Positions 8,383-18,491 of a DNA stretch of 60,822 nucleotides are shown here, piece by piece. Position 1 is the stretch's first letter. Each line of letters starts with the position of its first letter. The stretch lies in assembly GCA_028866835.1 (NCBI GenBank), contig JAGWHJ010000004.1, positions 1-60,822 of the forward strand, read 5' to 3'. The translations under genes and the position numbers were made by a program. The stretch comes from Candidatus Micrarchaeota archaeon. GTDB lineage: Archaea; Micrarchaeota; Micrarchaeia; Micrarchaeales; CABMGC01. The notes beneath the pieces are model-generated. The model was not told where the DNA came from, ran no database searches, and worked only from the letters and a program-made list of their open reading frames with translations.

Positions 8383-11300
8383 CTACTGCTTCTGCCTCCT
8401 CCTTGCCGGCCTCTGCGACCTTGCCCATCTTGAATGGCCTTTCTTGACCATCCATATGGTAAGTATTATCAGCATGCTTGCTACCAGTGCCACTCCGCCT
8501 ATCGTTCCGTAGCTTATGAGCAGCGAGCCTATGGCAACGGACTGCGTTGACGTGGTAGGGGCCCACGAATAGTCAGGCGCAGTGAATGTCTTTGAGGAGA
8601 TGAAGGAAGGATCGTACGCGACCTGTATTGGAGGCTGGTGGACAAGTATAGGCTCTGGAGGAGGGGTGCCGTAATACTGCGCTATTATGGTGTGGAAGCC
8701 TGAGCCGCACGCCATTGCCTTGAAAGAGAAGTTTCCCATAGAGTTCGTTGTTGCCACCCCGATAAGGCCGAGCTGCGATGTGCATATGCCAGTGCCGTTG
8801 TTGGCATAGGGCTGGCAATACTGCTGTGCGGGGCCGTGGGCAGCGCATGTAGCAGGCAGGTGGAAGTTGCCGTAAATGTTGCAGTTGAAAGATGGCAGTT
8901 GGAGCAGGCTTGACGGTGGCGGCGGGCACGACGCAGGGCTGGTGAACGGCACAGAGGAAGGCTTGTAGTTGACAGTATGTGCGTTAGCCATCTCGCCGGT
9001 GTAGACCGGATTCGAGTTGATGCAGCCCGCAATGGGAGGGCCCGAAGCTCCATTCCCGAAAGCGCACAGCTGCGCGTCCTTGGGATCAGTCTGCGGATTG
9101 TACTTGAAATAGTTTATGTTCTGGTCGTAATACAGATAGATGTGGCCTCCCTTGAGTGGCACAGTGTTTATGCTGAACTGCGGCCTGAAGAAGGCACTGC
9201 CGTTTATCCAGAGTGTCGTCTGGTTGGGGTTGCTTCCATCCACCACTGGTATCACATTCAGCGTAACGTTCGTCAGGTTTGCTATGTCGGCATCTATCGG
9301 CATGTAAAGGGTATTGTTGAACCGGTCATGGTATACGTAAACTAGCCTGTGGTACCCGAATATGTCCTTGGGGGTGTTCTTGGTCCCGTTGAGGTCTAGG
9401 TTGATTATTGTGGAGTACACAGGGAAGCGCTCCCAGTTGAAGAGGCTTACAAGCGCGGGGGCATTTGTCTGCGAATATGAGAAGTTGTTGTATTTGTCTA
9501 TCGTGGAGCTGGTCTTTGCGTAAGGCGCTGCGCAAGATGGTTTGTAACATGGAGGCACGATGGGCTTTGACTTGATGACCTCATAGCCAGGATACGGGCC
9601 TTGCATATGAGTCATGGTATTGAAGAGGAGCTGCCTTGTCGAATTGATTATGCCCTGATGGTTCGATGAGGGAAGAAAAGTGGCATTGATGTATATGTTT
9701 GCAAGCTTCCTGTCGGTTGCAAACTGGTATATTATCTGTGGGGGAAGGGTTGACGGCGCTATGCTCTCCTGGTAGTATGTCTGGTTTGCAAGGTATTCCG
9801 CATATGATGGCCCGCCTTCAATATTGGCGACCAGAGGCGAGGATTTTGTCCACAGGGTGTTTGCGAATGCGTACACCGTGGCTCCAGAAGTCGATGTGGT
9901 GCTTATTGAAGGGCATGACGGGCCAGGGTAGTTTGTCTGCGTTATCTGCTCTGTAAGCGAGTACGTGTAAGAGAAAGGCACTACCAGGTAGCCGCCGACT
10001 ATGCTGTTTATTGCAGTAACCGGCACTGCGGCCCCGGAGCTCGTGCTTGGAAGGTGGCAGAAAGGCCCATGATGGCCTGTCGAGCACGAAATCTTGTTTA
10101 TCTCTGTCGAGCCGAATGCGCCCTGGTAGTATGTAGGCGTCTTGCTTGGTCCTCCCGGAGCAGTAGATCCTGCCGTGAACGACGAGTAGAAGAAGTCCTC
10201 ATAAGTAAGCGTCCTTAGTGAGCCTATGCTTTCAGTGTACTCGAATGGATTATCTGCAGGATACACCAGGCCCCATATGTTGTCTATGTTTGGCTCGTAG
10301 CGGCATGTCCCGTAACCGCTCCCACTGCCAATTGCAGTAGACGCGGCCTTTTTATCAACGTAGCACTTATATAGCGGGTAGGAGAACGGCGGCCCTATCA
10401 CACCTATGTCTTTCGTGTAATTCTCCACATTGAAGTTTATGAATGCGAGGCCGCCGTGCTGGTTTGCAACATGGGCCTTGCCAGTGCCGCCGTTCAGTGA
10501 GGGCTGCGAAGGCAGGTACACCACTGCGGTGCCGTTTATGCCAACACCAAAGCTGACGCCGTCGAAGTTTGGAATGTGGCTCGTGAATGGTATGCAGCTG
10601 CCTAAGAAATGCGTGCACTCCCAGTTGCTGATGCTGGGCAGCAACGGCTGGTAGCTGCTTGGCGCGTCATGCGCATTCACAGTGCAGTTTGCTGTATTTT
10701 CATTACAGACGTTCAAGGACGTGTCCGATTTTGAGCAATGGCCGCCAAGGCAAACCTGCACTCCGCCGTCGGTGCCGGTCACATTTGCAGCGAGTATCCA
10801 GCCGTAGGGTGGGAAGTATTTCTGGGTTGGCTCGGGTATGGCCGTGGTGCCGAAATCGCCGCCTATCCAGATGTCGTTTGCGTGAGTCGGGCTTATCTGT
10901 ATGTCTGCGCCGCTCGAGTTTATCACGCGCAGCATGAGCATGTTGAACTTCACACCGCCGGTGCAGCCCTCATGAACCCCACCGATGATGATGGAACAGG
11001 TCTGACCGTACCTTGCGCCCCAGTTGTCAAGCACGTAGAGGTAACCGTTTATGTCCTGTATGCCAAGCGGGTAGTGCCAGCAGTCCCTGTCGAGCTGTCC
11101 TGATGCAGCATTGTTATCGCCGATGTTTGCGTTCCCGTCAAGTATCGCCGCAAGGTCTGCTGCGGCCTTGCTTGTCCCGGTCCTTGGGTTTATGCCCTCA
11201 AAGCCTCCCGACAGGAAGTAACTTGAGATGTTGAGGTCCGGTATCGTATCCTCGATCGGGCTGAAAAGGCCGTGCCCACAGCCGTTGTTTATGGTCCCGC

Positions 11301-14300
11301 ACGTCTTTGTGTCCGAGAACACAAGATCGAAGCAGCCTACGTAGTCGAGGGTGTTTGCGTCATATGCAAGTATGTTGTGGTCTTTCGGATCCGCGACGTA
11401 CAGCAACGCGCCCGTTGGAGATGCGGTTATCTCAAGCCATTGGGACCCTTCCTGCGGTGCGCACCCTGTGACAGCGCCATGGCAGAACTCGACGGGGTCG
11501 ATGATGAAGTTGCCGGTCACCTGCCTATCAAGCTCATTTCCTGTGATGGTATTAGATATCCTTACAATGAACGGATACGAAAACTGGTCTGACATGGTGT
11601 CCGTAAAGTTAACTGAACCAGTAAGGTAGACTGTGCCGAAACTGTCTGCACTGACATTATATGCCGTGAATCCGCTGTAGGTAAGTCCAGTATGGGCGGC
11701 ATATTTTTTTATTCTGAGGATATTCCCTACATCTGGGTATATGGCGTTGACAACGTAAGTTGAGCCGTTTTGCAGGCCTATGACGGTGCCCCAGTAGGAG
11801 CCCCAGTTGCTGTCCCACGTGCCCTGGTCGGTTTCGGATGTGAGGCTGTTGGGCTGCAGTATGCTGCTGTTGTACTCGCCGTGCGCAAGGAGCTTTGCGA
11901 CAAACACCAGCTGTGCAGGGGACGAGGAGGAGGGAGGTGGCGGCGTAGGGCTTGGTGAGCCTGATGGGGCGCCGCTAAGCGTGCTTATGAACTTGAAAAA
12001 GTCCTGGCCCTGCGGCGTAGCGCCTGCGCCGTTGCCTAGGAAGGCGGCGAGCGCATCTCCTACTGCTGTAGGGTCGGCCCAACCTATCTCCGTGCAGCCG
12101 CCGGGCATGTTGCCTATTACCTGGCCGGTAGTCACGCGCTCCCCTGCTGTCACAGTGGGGGTGAAGCCCTCAGCATAGTATATATACTGGCGCGGATAGC
12201 CCCCTGAAACGGAATCTGGTGGTAGGGGATGGTCTAGCCTAAGCACGACGAATGCATCGTTGCCACAGTAGTTCCAGCCGCTATTGGTCAGGGGGCTCAG
12301 TATCGTTCCGGAGCCCACTGCGAGAAGTTGGCAACCTGATGTGCCTGCCCAGTCCACGCCTTCGTCTATCCATGGGCCACCGCTGCTGGTGTGGTCAAGA
12401 ATACAGCTTGAGCTCACGGGATAGGTATAACCTGAGGTGCTTACCGCGCCGCTCGTGCCTCCTGCACCTGCACTTGTGCCGAGTATGTACATGTAGTCGC
12501 TGGATATTGCCGTAATGGAATCGGCCTGTATGCCTATCGAACCGGGGCCGCCGCTGGTGGGTTGAGTGGCTGATGAAGAGCCAAGGCATGCGCCTCCCTT
12601 GCTTCCTGTCCAGGGATATGGATAATCAGATGGTATTGGGCCTACGCACGGCAGAGAAGCACCCGCCTTTGAGATCATGTCAAGCACGTGCGTGGGGTAC
12701 CAGCAATCAGGGCCTACCTCAGGTGGTGTACAACTGCCCCCATTTCCAGGGTTATTGCACTGTGCAGTCGGGGAGCCGCCGTTGTATGAGCATAGTGCCT
12801 CCCACCAGCCGTTGTACTGGTTTATGAGTGGTACGAAGAACTTCGCGGATGCTATGGCCTGCGCAAGGAAGTCAGATGGTGAGCAGCCGCTCAAAGCGTT
12901 GGGGTCCTGCCCCTCTTTTGACATATCGCTGGTGCTCAGGCCAAACCAGCCGCCGTAGCCCGCGCTGTTCGTTGTCGGGTAGCATGTGCCACCAGATTCC
13001 TGCATCTCCACGGATGCGATAATGACATCGGGGATGCCAGTCTGTGTTGATGCTTGCTCGATGTACGGAACCTGCCACGCGTCTGATCCAAGAAGTATAC
13101 TTGCGAGTGCAGAGCTCGGCGTTGCTGAGCTGCCTCCGCCACCCACATTAGGAGCGGAGATAAGGCTTATTATGTTCTGCTCGTTGTTCACATCGAAGCC
13201 CAAGCCGCTGCCGTCGCTGCTCCTTCCGAATGCTGTGAGGTTTGTGCCTTCCGCAGGACCAGCGCCAAGGGATCCGCCGATGTTAACCGAACTCCATGGA
13301 AGGCCTCCGCCTCCGCCCGGGCAGTTCTCTCCGCTGTATGAAGTTGGCATGTCACCGCAGAAGTACTGGCTACCTGGTTCGTAGGTCTGCCACTGGCAGA
13401 AGGTGTGGCCAGGGACCGGAGATGGACAGGCGACACCGTTCCAACCGCCCTGTGCTTGAGAATCATGAGTATAATGATATGCAGCCTGCATCGAGCACAA
13501 CGGGTTCCACCACCAGTCGGTTCCAGTGGTGCATTTGGAGCCATCGTAGCTACCTCCTAGTCCAGGACCCATCTGGAGAAGACCGAGGTTGGAGCCGAGC
13601 TGTGCACCTGGCTGGAAAGAGCTTTCTTTGTCTGCAATCGACACTATTATCATGAGCTGGTCTCCGGAAAATCCAGCCGCCTTGGCGCAGTCGACAACCT
13701 GAGCAAATGTTAATGCGTCAGACGAACCTGGGGTGTAAGCCTGATTCGGGCAGTTGCCACTTGACGATGTGCCCGTATGGTACTCTGCGAAGAAGAGCGA
13801 TGGAGTGTTTATGTGGAATGGATCCTCATGGTTGGTAGGGCCGTAGTAATTCCAGGGGCTGTATATGTCATAGGAAACGCTCAGGTTAAGTGCCTTCGAC
13901 ACGAGGTTCAGATTAGACACATTTGATTTCATTATTAGATATGGAAGCACCTGGGTGTTGAAGCTTGTTGTTGCACTGCCTGGCCACGTAACCTCGGTGT
14001 ACGGTATGTAGCTGTTCCTGAAGTTGCTGAGCGAGTACGTTACGGCATAGTCATAGGTGTAAGAGCAGGAAGCTGTGCTGTACGAAAGACCAGTCAGTGT
14101 TTTGGTGAAAGATATGGGTGGCACGTTCGCGAAGTTCGCATACCTTGCATTCCAGGTCCATATGGCCCTCTGGCCGTTCAACGGGAACGTGTCCCATATG
14201 TTCTCCGCAGTGGAAAATGCGGTGGAAACGTTGCGGTTGACTTCAGGGGTGTAGGCCCATTCATTGATGGCAAGGGTTGCAGGTTTTATTATATTGACGC

Positions 14301-14727
14301 TCGCCGAGGCGCTTGGAAGGCCGCCGCTGTTATAGGTTATTGAAAGGAGGGCATCGACAGTGCTGTGCAGCTGGTTCGTATTAGCAAGGCACTGGTCCCC
14401 GGCTATGAACGAGGCAGGGTCAGTATAGAAGTACTGTGGGTTGGTGGGGCTCTTCTCTGGGACCTGCGGGCAGGTTATATACCATGCGGCGTTGTTATTG
14501 TTATACTGCGCCACGGAGCTTGCCGGAGAGTATATCCTTGTGGGACCTGTCGATACCACAGGTGGCTTGCTTACGTGTGAATATGAGGTAGAGAACGGCT
14601 GGAGATAGTGATATGATACGGTGGTTGCATGGGCATTAGGAATTAGAACCATGAATAGCAGAGAGCTAAGGAGCGCCAATGCTAGGGTAATTCTCCTGGT
14701 ACCCATGGATTTCATATAGCTATTCAC
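8383..14727 (-). CDS. Giant (2114 aa) membrane-anchored surface protein with two SLT/lysozyme-like domains and an M23-like domain
   Basis: Signal peptide (RRITLALALLSSLLFMVLIPNAHA). SLT1: KESS..GLLQM. SLT2: QESGG..ALCSYNGG. M23-like: DEGVDW..AVGSGTI..VTAGERVTTGQVIG. C-terminal TM plus basic tail; GTGA overlap with the upstream gene. Confidence 0.85.
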   Translation of the reverse strand: MNSYMKSMGTRRITLALALLSSLLFMVLIPNAHATTVSYHYLQPFSTSYSHVSKPPVVSTGPTRIYSPASSVAQYNNNNAAWYITCPQVPEKSPTNPQYFYTDPASFIAGDQCLANTNQLHSTVDALLSITYNSGGLPSASASVNIIKPATLAINEWAYTPEVNRNVSTAFSTAENIWDTFPLNGQRAIWTWNARYANFANVPPISFTKTLTGLSYSTASCSYTYDYAVTYSLSNFRNSYIPYTEVTWPGSATTSFNTQVLPYLIMKSNVSNLNLVSKALNLSVSYDIYSPWNYYGPTNHEDPFHINTPSLFFAEYHTGTSSSGNCPNQAYTPGSSDALTFAQVVDCAKAAGFSGDQLMIIVSIADKESSFQPGAQLGSNLGLLQMGPGLGGSYDGSKCTTGTDWWWNPLCSMQAAYHYTHDSQAQGGWNGVACPSPVPGHTFCQWQTYEPGSQYFCGDMPTSYSGENCPGGGGGLPWSSVNIGGSLGAGPAEGTNLTAFGRSSDGSGLGFDVNNEQNIISLISAPNVGGGGSSATPSSALASILLGSDAWQVPYIEQASTQTGIPDVIIASVEMQESGGTCYPTTNSAGYGGWFGLSTSDMSKEGQDPNALSGCSPSDFLAQAIASAKFFVPLINQYNGWWEALCSYNGGSPTAQCNNPGNGGSCTPPEVGPDCWYPTHVLDMISKAGASLPCVGPIPSDYPYPWTGSKGGACLGSSSATQPTSGGPGSIGIQADSITAISSDYMYILGTSAGAGGTSGAVSTSGYTYPVSSSCILDHTSSGGPWIDEGVDWAGTSGCQLLAVGSGTILSPLTNSGWNYCGNDAFVVLRLDHPLPPDSVSGGYPRQYIYYAEGFTPTVTAGERVTTGQVIGNMPGGCTEIGWADPTAVGDALAAFLGNGAGATPQGQDFFKFISTLSGAPSGSPSPTPPPPSSSSPAQLVFVAKLLAHGEYNSSILQPNSLTSETDQGTWDSNWGSYWGTVIGLQNGSTYVVNAIYPDVGNILRIKKYAAHTGLTYSGFTAYNVSADSFGTVYLTGSVNFTDTMSDQFSYPFIVRISNTITGNELDRQVTGNFIIDPVEFCHGAVTGCAPQEGSQWLEITASPTGALLYVADPKDHNILAYDANTLDYVGCFDLVFSDTKTCGTINNGCGHGLFSPIEDTIPDLNISSYFLSGGFEGINPRTGTSKAAADLAAILDGNANIGDNNAASGQLDRDCWHYPLGIQDINGYLYVLDNWGARYGQTCSIIIGGVHEGCTGGVKFNMLMLRVINSSGADIQISPTHANDIWIGGDFGTTAIPEPTQKYFPPYGWILAANVTGTDGGVQVCLGGHCSKSDTSLNVCNENTANCTVNAHDAPSSYQPLLPSISNWECTHFLGSCIPFTSHIPNFDGVSFGVGINGTAVVYLPSQPSLNGGTGKAHVANQHGGLAFINFNVENYTKDIGVIGPPFSYPLYKCYVDKKAASTAIGSGSGYGTCRYEPNIDNIWGLVYPADNPFEYTESIGSLRTLTYEDFFYSSFTAGSTAPGGPSKTPTYYQGAFGSTEINKISCSTGHHGPFCHLPSTSSGAAVPVTAINSIVGGYLVVPFSYTYSLTEQITQTNYPGPSCPSISTTSTSGATVYAFANTLWTKSSPLVANIEGGPSYAEYLANQTYYQESIAPSTLPPQIIYQFATDRKLANIYINATFLPSSNHQGIINSTRQLLFNTMTHMQGPYPGYEVIKSKPIVPPCYKPSCAAPYAKTSSTIDKYNNFSYSQTNAPALVSLFNWERFPVYSTIINLDLNGTKNTPKDIFGYHRLVYVYHDRFNNTLYMPIDADIANLTNVTLNVIPVVDGSNPNQTTLWINGSAFFRPQFSINTVPLKGGHIYLYYDQNINYFKYNPQTDPKDAQLCAFGNGASGPPIAGCINSNPVYTGEMANAHTVNYKPSSVPFTSPASCPPPPSSLLQLPSFNCNIYGNFHLPATCAAHGPAQQYCQPYANNGTGICTSQLGLIGVATTNSMGNFSFKAMACGSGFHTIIAQYYGTPPPEPILVHQPPIQVAYDPSFISSKTFTAPDYSWAPTTSTQSVAIGSLLISYGTIGGVALVASMLIILTIWMVKKGHSRWARSQRPARRRQKQ

Positions 14728-15461
14728 CTGGCTCTGCTATTTATTGCTTTTTGATTGCCGGACCTCCTGTAAAAGAGATATCCTGCAATGGCGGCAACGA
14801 TCACAATGATTATGACAACTATCCAATAAGGGGATTGCTGCTGGGTATTGTTGGTCACCGTGCCGTTTTCTGTTGCATTTGTTGTGTTTATCGTGGGGAC
14901 AGAAGAATTGCTGGAAAAATTTTGAATGAGTATGGTGGTTATGTTCACAAATGGCTCAACGGTTGTTGTCGACGAACTATTGATCGATTCTATGCTTGTA
15001 TTGATTATCATAGGGCCGGAGAGGCTCTGGTTGAGCACTAGTAAATTAAAGGTCGTGGTTGTATTTTGGTTCGTGGGGTCTGCGCCCACAGTGCCAAAGG
15101 TTATATTGTAGAGTCCCACTGGCGTGTTGCTGGAGACAAAAATCGCGGCGCTGCCGGTGTATGGAGGCACATTTGCAGTGGTGTTGAATACTATGGTTAT
15201 GCCGTTTTGGGTCAATGGCTGTGGATCTACAGTAAACGGCAGCGTTGGCCCCGCTGTGCCGTTTACAGTGACCAGGTAACCTACCACAGTAACGTTCCCT
15301 GGGTTTACTGTAAGGCTATCGTAAGGATTCACTCCAGCCGTTTCAATAAGCTGTATCTGCCCAACACCAGATGCAAGAATGCTGTTGGAAAGTATTGAGG
15401 CGATGATAAACACTGGAAGCAGTACTTTTCCAGACATGAAATCCTGATATTTAATCTGCAT
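14724..15461 (-). CDS. Secreted membrane-anchored Ig-like/Thr-Asn-rich surface protein
   Basis: Signal peptide, many NxS/T sequons, S/T-rich stalk, C-terminal TM followed by RR. Confidence 0.75.
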   Translation of the reverse strand: MQIKYQDFMSGKVLLPVFIIASILSNSILASGVGQIQLIETAGVNPYDSLTVNPGNVTVVGYLVTVNGTAGPTLPFTVDPQPLTQNGITIVFNTTANVPPYTGSAAIFVSSNTPVGLYNITFGTVGADPTNQNTTTTFNLLVLNQSLSGPMIINTSIESINSSSTTTVEPFVNITTILIQNFSSNSSVPTINTTNATENGTVTNNTQQQSPYWIVVIIIVIVAAIAGYLFYRRSGNQKAINSRAR

Positions 15462-15489
15462 GATAGATTTATATCCCGTTCGTTGACAA

Positions 15490-17913
15490 TCATGCGGTCG
15501 AGTTTGCGGTTGAATTGTAGATTATCCTGAATATCTTCGTGTCCTGGTTGTAGTAGACCATCCGCAGCTTCGCGATGTTGTTGTCCCACACGCACGCGTA
15601 GGTGTTGCAGAAGAAGAGCCATTTTATCATGTTGCTGTTGGCCAGCCCGGGTTCCATGACATAGGATCCTGTCAGGTTGATGAACAGGCCCGGCCTCGGC
15701 TTGCCCGAGTACATGACGATGACGCTCTGGTTTATGGTCTTGTTAGTGCGGTACGGGTTGGTGAAGATGCTGAAGTTTGAGTTGTCTATGTCGAAAAACG
15801 CCACGGCGTCGAAGTAGTAGTTGCCGTTCGGCCCGGGCAGGTACGCGCTTATGCTCGTGCCGTTGGTCGTGAGGTTCCTCGCTATGTTGACGGTGAAATT
15901 GCCCTGGGGCGTCTTTATGCCGAGCAGCTTGTTGGTGGAGTTCTCGTTCTCCGTGAACGAGATGGCGGATTCTAGGCCGTACGCCTGCGTGTTGTTGGGG
16001 TTGAGCCCGGATTCAACGTATATGCCGTCAGTCTCGAGCAGCCACGGCGTCCTCACAAGCAGGTAGTCCGGCTTCCCGTTTATCGGGCTGAGGAGGAACC
16101 GCGGGTCGTCGCTAGAGTTGAGTATCCAGGTGGCGAACGGGAGCGCCTTCGTGCCGTTCTGCGAGCCGACGCTGTCGGTCACGCTGGTCCTGTTCGCCAC
16201 GCCCTCCACGAGCGAGCCGTCCGGCCAAAGCGTCAGCACGACGCTGCTGTTTGCCGAATTGCCCTTGAACCACTGAAGGGCGCTTATGAACGACGGGTTT
16301 ATCGAATCCGCAGGGCTGAGGTTGCTCCCGTATATGCCATCGTAGTATACGAGCACAACCCCTATCAGCACCATGAAGAGGAGCATGGCCGCCGCGGTTA
16401 CGTACATTGCGCGCCTGTTGGAGAGCGAGAGCGAGAACGAGAGCAGCCAGTACAGCGTGTATGCTGACATTATCGCGAGCGGAACGGAGAGCAGGGAATT
16501 GAACCTTATCGCGTGCATCTCAAGGTATGCCGTCAGTATGAAATACGAAAAGACCACTATGAATCCGGGATTTATGTCGAAGCGTATCTTGGCCTTCCCT
16601 GAAAGGAGGCCTGTCCCTGAATCATAGACCTGCATGAAGAAGTAGGGTATGAACGAGAGGACGGCGATGAGCCATATCAGCAGTATTACCAGCGACGACT
16701 GCGGCAGCACGGATGCAAGCCATATGAAAGCGGACATTGGCGTAGTAAGCAGGGAGTAGCCGAAGCTTGCGAAGAGGAACTGCGATGTAGGGGGCTGGAG
16801 CTCCTGGATCGTGGCCCCGAAGTTGTTCGTTATGATGAAGCCGTTGGTGACGAAGATCGCGGTGACGGTGCTCGGGAAGGCGACGTAGAATGCAATGGTT
16901 CCGACAATCGACACGATGAACACGAACGCCATCCTGTGAATGGCATTCTTCGTGAACATGATGAACGACATGCGATTCTTCGAGAGCCAGTAGAGAAGGG
17001 CCCAGAAGGCGATTATCATAACCAGTATCGGTATGAAATCGAAGCCGGTGAAGGTCTGTATGCTTATGTACCCCAGCGCCAGGTACATGCGCACGAGCAC
17101 GAACCATATTACCAGTGTTGCTATGAGGTAGCCGCAATCGTGCAGCAGGTTCTCCCTGTCCCAGATGTAGGCGACGAAGAGCAGCACCATGAGCGATACT
17201 ATGAACGCTGCTGTGGCGAAAGGCGCGCCGTTCCACACGAGGTTGCATACGGACAGGAGCACTGCAGATGCGACGCAGAATATTATCTTCCAGTTCCTTT
17301 TCTGCGCCCTGGATACCTCTATGGCGAAGACCAGCGCGAGTATGAAGAAGAACGGAAGGAACGTGTCGCCTCGGTATATGGTGCCGCTCGTCCTTGCCGC
17401 GTCGCCCAGGCTCAGTGCAACGAAGAGCATTGCAAGGAGGCCGAACAGGCGGTCCTTGCTCATGTATCTTGACAGGAGGTATGCGCCGAGTATGTCCAGG
17501 AACGCGAAGAGTATGGGTATGAGGCGCATTATCGTGTAATAGCTTACACCAAGCCTGCCTATTATGAAATACGGGACAAGTGTGATCCAGTAGAGGCCAT
17601 CGGGCTCGCCGACGGGGGCGTGCTGCGGCCAGCCAGAGATGCCAAGCGCCTTCGGGACCGCGAAGCCGTTGTTTATTGCAGCCCTTACTACGGAGAAATG
17701 GTAGAAGCCATCGGGCTCGTAGAAGCCGAAGAACTGCAACAAGGAGATTCTGTATATTATAGTGAAGTAGGCTATGGCGATGAGCAGTGCTATGACAACT
17801 ATTATCGCAACGTATTTGTTCTGAAGGATGGTCTGGACCTTCGATGGGGCCTGCGGCTCGGATGAAACATCCTCGGCGGCTACATTGCTATAATGATGCC
17901 TCAAATCAATCAA
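15490..17913 (-). CDS. aglB: Oligosaccharyltransferase AglB/STT3, paralogue 1
   Basis: EPDGFYH, RGD, TIQE and LWPDG (WWDYG-like) motifs; ~13 TM plus extracellular C-domain. Confidence 0.85.
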   Translation of the reverse strand: MIDLRHHYSNVAAEDVSSEPQAPSKVQTILQNKYVAIIVVIALLIAIAYFTIIYRISLLQFFGFYEPDGFYHFSVVRAAINNGFAVPKALGISGWPQHAPVGEPDGLYWITLVPYFIIGRLGVSYYTIMRLIPILFAFLDILGAYLLSRYMSKDRLFGLLAMLFVALSLGDAARTSGTIYRGDTFLPFFFILALVFAIEVSRAQKRNWKIIFCVASAVLLSVCNLVWNGAPFATAAFIVSLMVLLFVAYIWDRENLLHDCGYLIATLVIWFVLVRMYLALGYISIQTFTGFDFIPILVMIIAFWALLYWLSKNRMSFIMFTKNAIHRMAFVFIVSIVGTIAFYVAFPSTVTAIFVTNGFIITNNFGATIQELQPPTSQFLFASFGYSLLTTPMSAFIWLASVLPQSSLVILLIWLIAVLSFIPYFFMQVYDSGTGLLSGKAKIRFDINPGFIVVFSYFILTAYLEMHAIRFNSLLSVPLAIMSAYTLYWLLSFSLSLSNRRAMYVTAAAMLLFMVLIGVVLVYYDGIYGSNLSPADSINPSFISALQWFKGNSANSSVVLTLWPDGSLVEGVANRTSVTDSVGSQNGTKALPFATWILNSSDDPRFLLSPINGKPDYLLVRTPWLLETDGIYVESGLNPNNTQAYGLESAISFTENENSTNKLLGIKTPQGNFTVNIARNLTTNGTSISAYLPGPNGNYYFDAVAFFDIDNSNFSIFTNPYRTNKTINQSVIVMYSGKPRPGLFINLTGSYVMEPGLANSNMIKWLFFCNTYACVWDNNIAKLRMVYYNQDTKIFRIIYNSTANSTA

Positions 17914-18487
17914 CCTGCTCCTGCCTCTTTCTTGCGAATGTCATGTATCCGGTATGCCATATCCCTTTGGTTGACGGCCTTGTCCCCTCCTCGCGCACAA
18001 GGAAGTCCCTTACCACCGTCTCGACCGTGTATATGTCAGTGAAGCCAAGCTTGTTAAGCTTATACACGAATTTCTTGACCTGCTCGACATGGGGCAGGTA
18101 GCCGACGACAGTGCCGCCGGGCCTGAGCGCCTTCTTCGCGTTCCCAAGGGCCTTCTCCGAGGATGGCAGGTCAAGGCATACAAGATCCACGTCCCTCTCC
18201 TCTATCTTCCTGGTGACATCGCCGTTCTTGAACGTCACGTTCGAAAGGTTCCATATTATCCTGTTCTTCTCTGCTATCGCGGTGAACTCCGGCCTCGTGT
18301 CATAGCTGTATACGTGGCTGCAGAGCCTTGCCAGGGACACGGCAAGCCAGCCGCTGCCCGTGCCCGCGTCAACGCACACGCTGTTCCTGTCTATCCCGGA
18401 CATCACGATTATTGTGCCTATGTCCTTTGGCAGTATGACCTGCGGGCCACGCTTGAGCTTCCTGTATGAGCTTGGATATATGAACAA
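17906..18487 (-). CDS. trmI: tRNA (adenine57/58-N1)-methyltransferase TrmI
   Basis: KRGPQVILPKD, DAGTGSG, LDLP and HTGY motifs; likely TTG start at 18487. Confidence 0.9.
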   Translation of the reverse strand: MFIYPSSYRKLKRGPQVILPKDIGTIIVMSGIDRNSVCVDAGTGSGWLAVSLARLCSHVYSYDTRPEFTAIAEKNRIIWNLSNVTFKNGDVTRKIEERDVDLVCLDLPSSEKALGNAKKALRPGGTVVGYLPHVEQVKKFVYKLNKLGFTDIYTVETVVRDFLVREEGTRPSTKGIWHTGYMTFARKRQEQVD

Positions 18488-18491
18488 TCTA

